This document shows positions 63,052-64,000 of a DNA stretch of 64,000 nt, one piece after another (within the stretch, counting starts at the first letter, position 1; each line of letters opens with the position of its first letter). A program made the position numbers and the translations under genes. The notes beneath the pieces were generated by a model that was not told where the DNA came from, made no database searches, and saw nothing but the letters and a program-made list of their open reading frames with translations. Location of the stretch: assembly GCA_002269645.1 (NCBI GenBank), contig NIVC01003264.1, positions 17,823 through 81,822 of the forward strand. The letters are read 5' to 3'. Source of the stretch: Macrostomum lignano (lineage: Eukaryota).

Positions 63052-63717
63052 ATGCGAACTAACGAGAGTAGTAGTTTTCAACGAATGTATCTAGTACCTG
63101 AATCTGTGTATCAATCTGCATGTCAAGGTGCAGAGCAAGGATCGTCACCAACTGCTGAGACACCTCGAAAAACTGAAGTTTTAGACGCACCGCAAGATGC
63201 TCTGGCAAAAAATATGGTGGAAATGAGAGACCAAATGGATAACTTGGACAAGGAAATGGAAAAGGAGCCAAATTACACAGCTCAATTGAAACGAAGCAGA
63301 TTGGAAGACAAACTTTTAAAATTGCGCAAAGTCTATCGCACTGGAGACGAGGACAATCTGTCACTTGTTCGCAAAGGGACTACTGTAAGAAGTTCATATG
63401 CCAGCGAATCAAGGGAAATTCCTAAAGTTTTTTTACCACGTTTCGAAGCTCTCGCTCAAAACCTATTTTCGGACATGGACAAGAATGCAGAACCAATGCT
63501 GGCTAATTTGACTGATGCCGAGATACAAGATCTCATGGAATATGTTGTTCGAGACAGACCGCTTAAGCGACACGAGACTCAACCGCCTAGTGGACTAAAA
63601 ACATTTTTAGACTTTCTTCGAAAACGTGGAATCGCAGCAAACCAAATCGGGCGTCATGTACGAAACGAGCTAATGTCTGCTCCAAAACTGTTGCAAAGGA
63701 GGATCTTATCTGTTTGA
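63052..63717 (+). CDS. Conserved Maverick/adintovirus hypothetical protein
   Basis: RMYLVPE N-terminal motif, LDKEM, and I.DL...V.R.R.....P.G...FL..L....I....IG C-terminal motif recurrent in Maverick ORFs. Confidence 0.7.
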   Translation: MRTNESSSFQRMYLVPESVYQSACQGAEQGSSPTAETPRKTEVLDAPQDALAKNMVEMRDQMDNLDKEMEKEPNYTAQLKRSRLEDKLLKLRKVYRTGDEDNLSLVRKGTTVRSSYASESREIPKVFLPRFEALAQNLFSDMDKNAEPMLANLTDAEIQDLMEYVVRDRPLKRHETQPPSGLKTFLDFLRKRGIAANQIGRHVRNELMSAPKLLQRRILSV

Positions 63718-64000
63718 AAATTATCAAACACTGAATTAAGTTGTTTTAAAATTACAGATTACGTTTTAACAAAATTGATTCGAGCACTATAAGCTTTTTA
63801 AAAAGGTTAATTTTTTGTTTATGAAAAATATATAGTTTAATAAGACAAACCATGTCATCTATCTTCCAAAAACTTTTGATTCGTCTCTGTGAGTTTTTTG
63901 CATAAAATCTGAATGTGTGCCGTTTCTGGGAAAGGACAGCAACGAGGATACTGACGGAGATTCGATCGAGGCTTCGTTCTTTTGTTGCAACTGTCAAACG

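Larger units (their letters stand above)
53149..64000 (+). mobile_element. Maverick/Polinton (adintovirus-like) endogenous viral element, left part; continues beyond the window
   Basis: AGTAGT terminus abutting a broken host exon, abrupt shift to AT-rich sequence, subterminal tandem repeats, and co-oriented pPolB remnant, A32-like ATPase, penton, PLA2 and pX-like genes. Confidence 0.92.

Noticed and set aside
63752-63997. Minus-strand ORF at the window edge as integrase or protease end
   Set aside because: No recognisable motif in any frame; the gene is truncated by the window.

Overview
Eukaryotic (animal) genomic DNA. Compact GC-rich genes with few or short introns, dense minisatellites and the gene repertoire suggest a flatworm such as Macrostomum; this host call is inference only. 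1-17 kb: an intronless Shaker/Kv1-type K+ channel whose S4 is one charge-triplet short, then a mosaic of unrelated tandem arrays. 18-31 kb: four minus-strand host genes (WSC+PAN secreted protein, HMG20-like coiled-coil protein with no HMG box, MTFR1-like, MyTH4-FERM). 31-48 kb: transposon remnants (Penelope GIY-YIG fragment with a minimal hammerhead ribozyme, a fossil Maverick major-capsid gene between inverted repeats, piggyBac, mariner) and an intact NTPDase. 48.5-53.1 kb: a 7-exon, phase-consistent SLC1/EAAT-family gene with non-canonical Na+-site motifs. Its most 5' visible exon is cut at 53149 by the AGTAGT left terminus of a Maverick/Polinton (adintovirus-like) endogenous virus that runs off the window end. 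The element carries two intron-containing ORFs, a full TBP-fold protein with no start codon of its own (open from a phase-0 splice acceptor, as expected if a flatworm spliced-leader AUG supplies Met), an internally deleted pPolB, dUTPase, PLA2, packaging ATPase, penton, a pX-like protein and a conserved Maverick ORF. All homology calls are by-eye motif recognition; no database searches were run.
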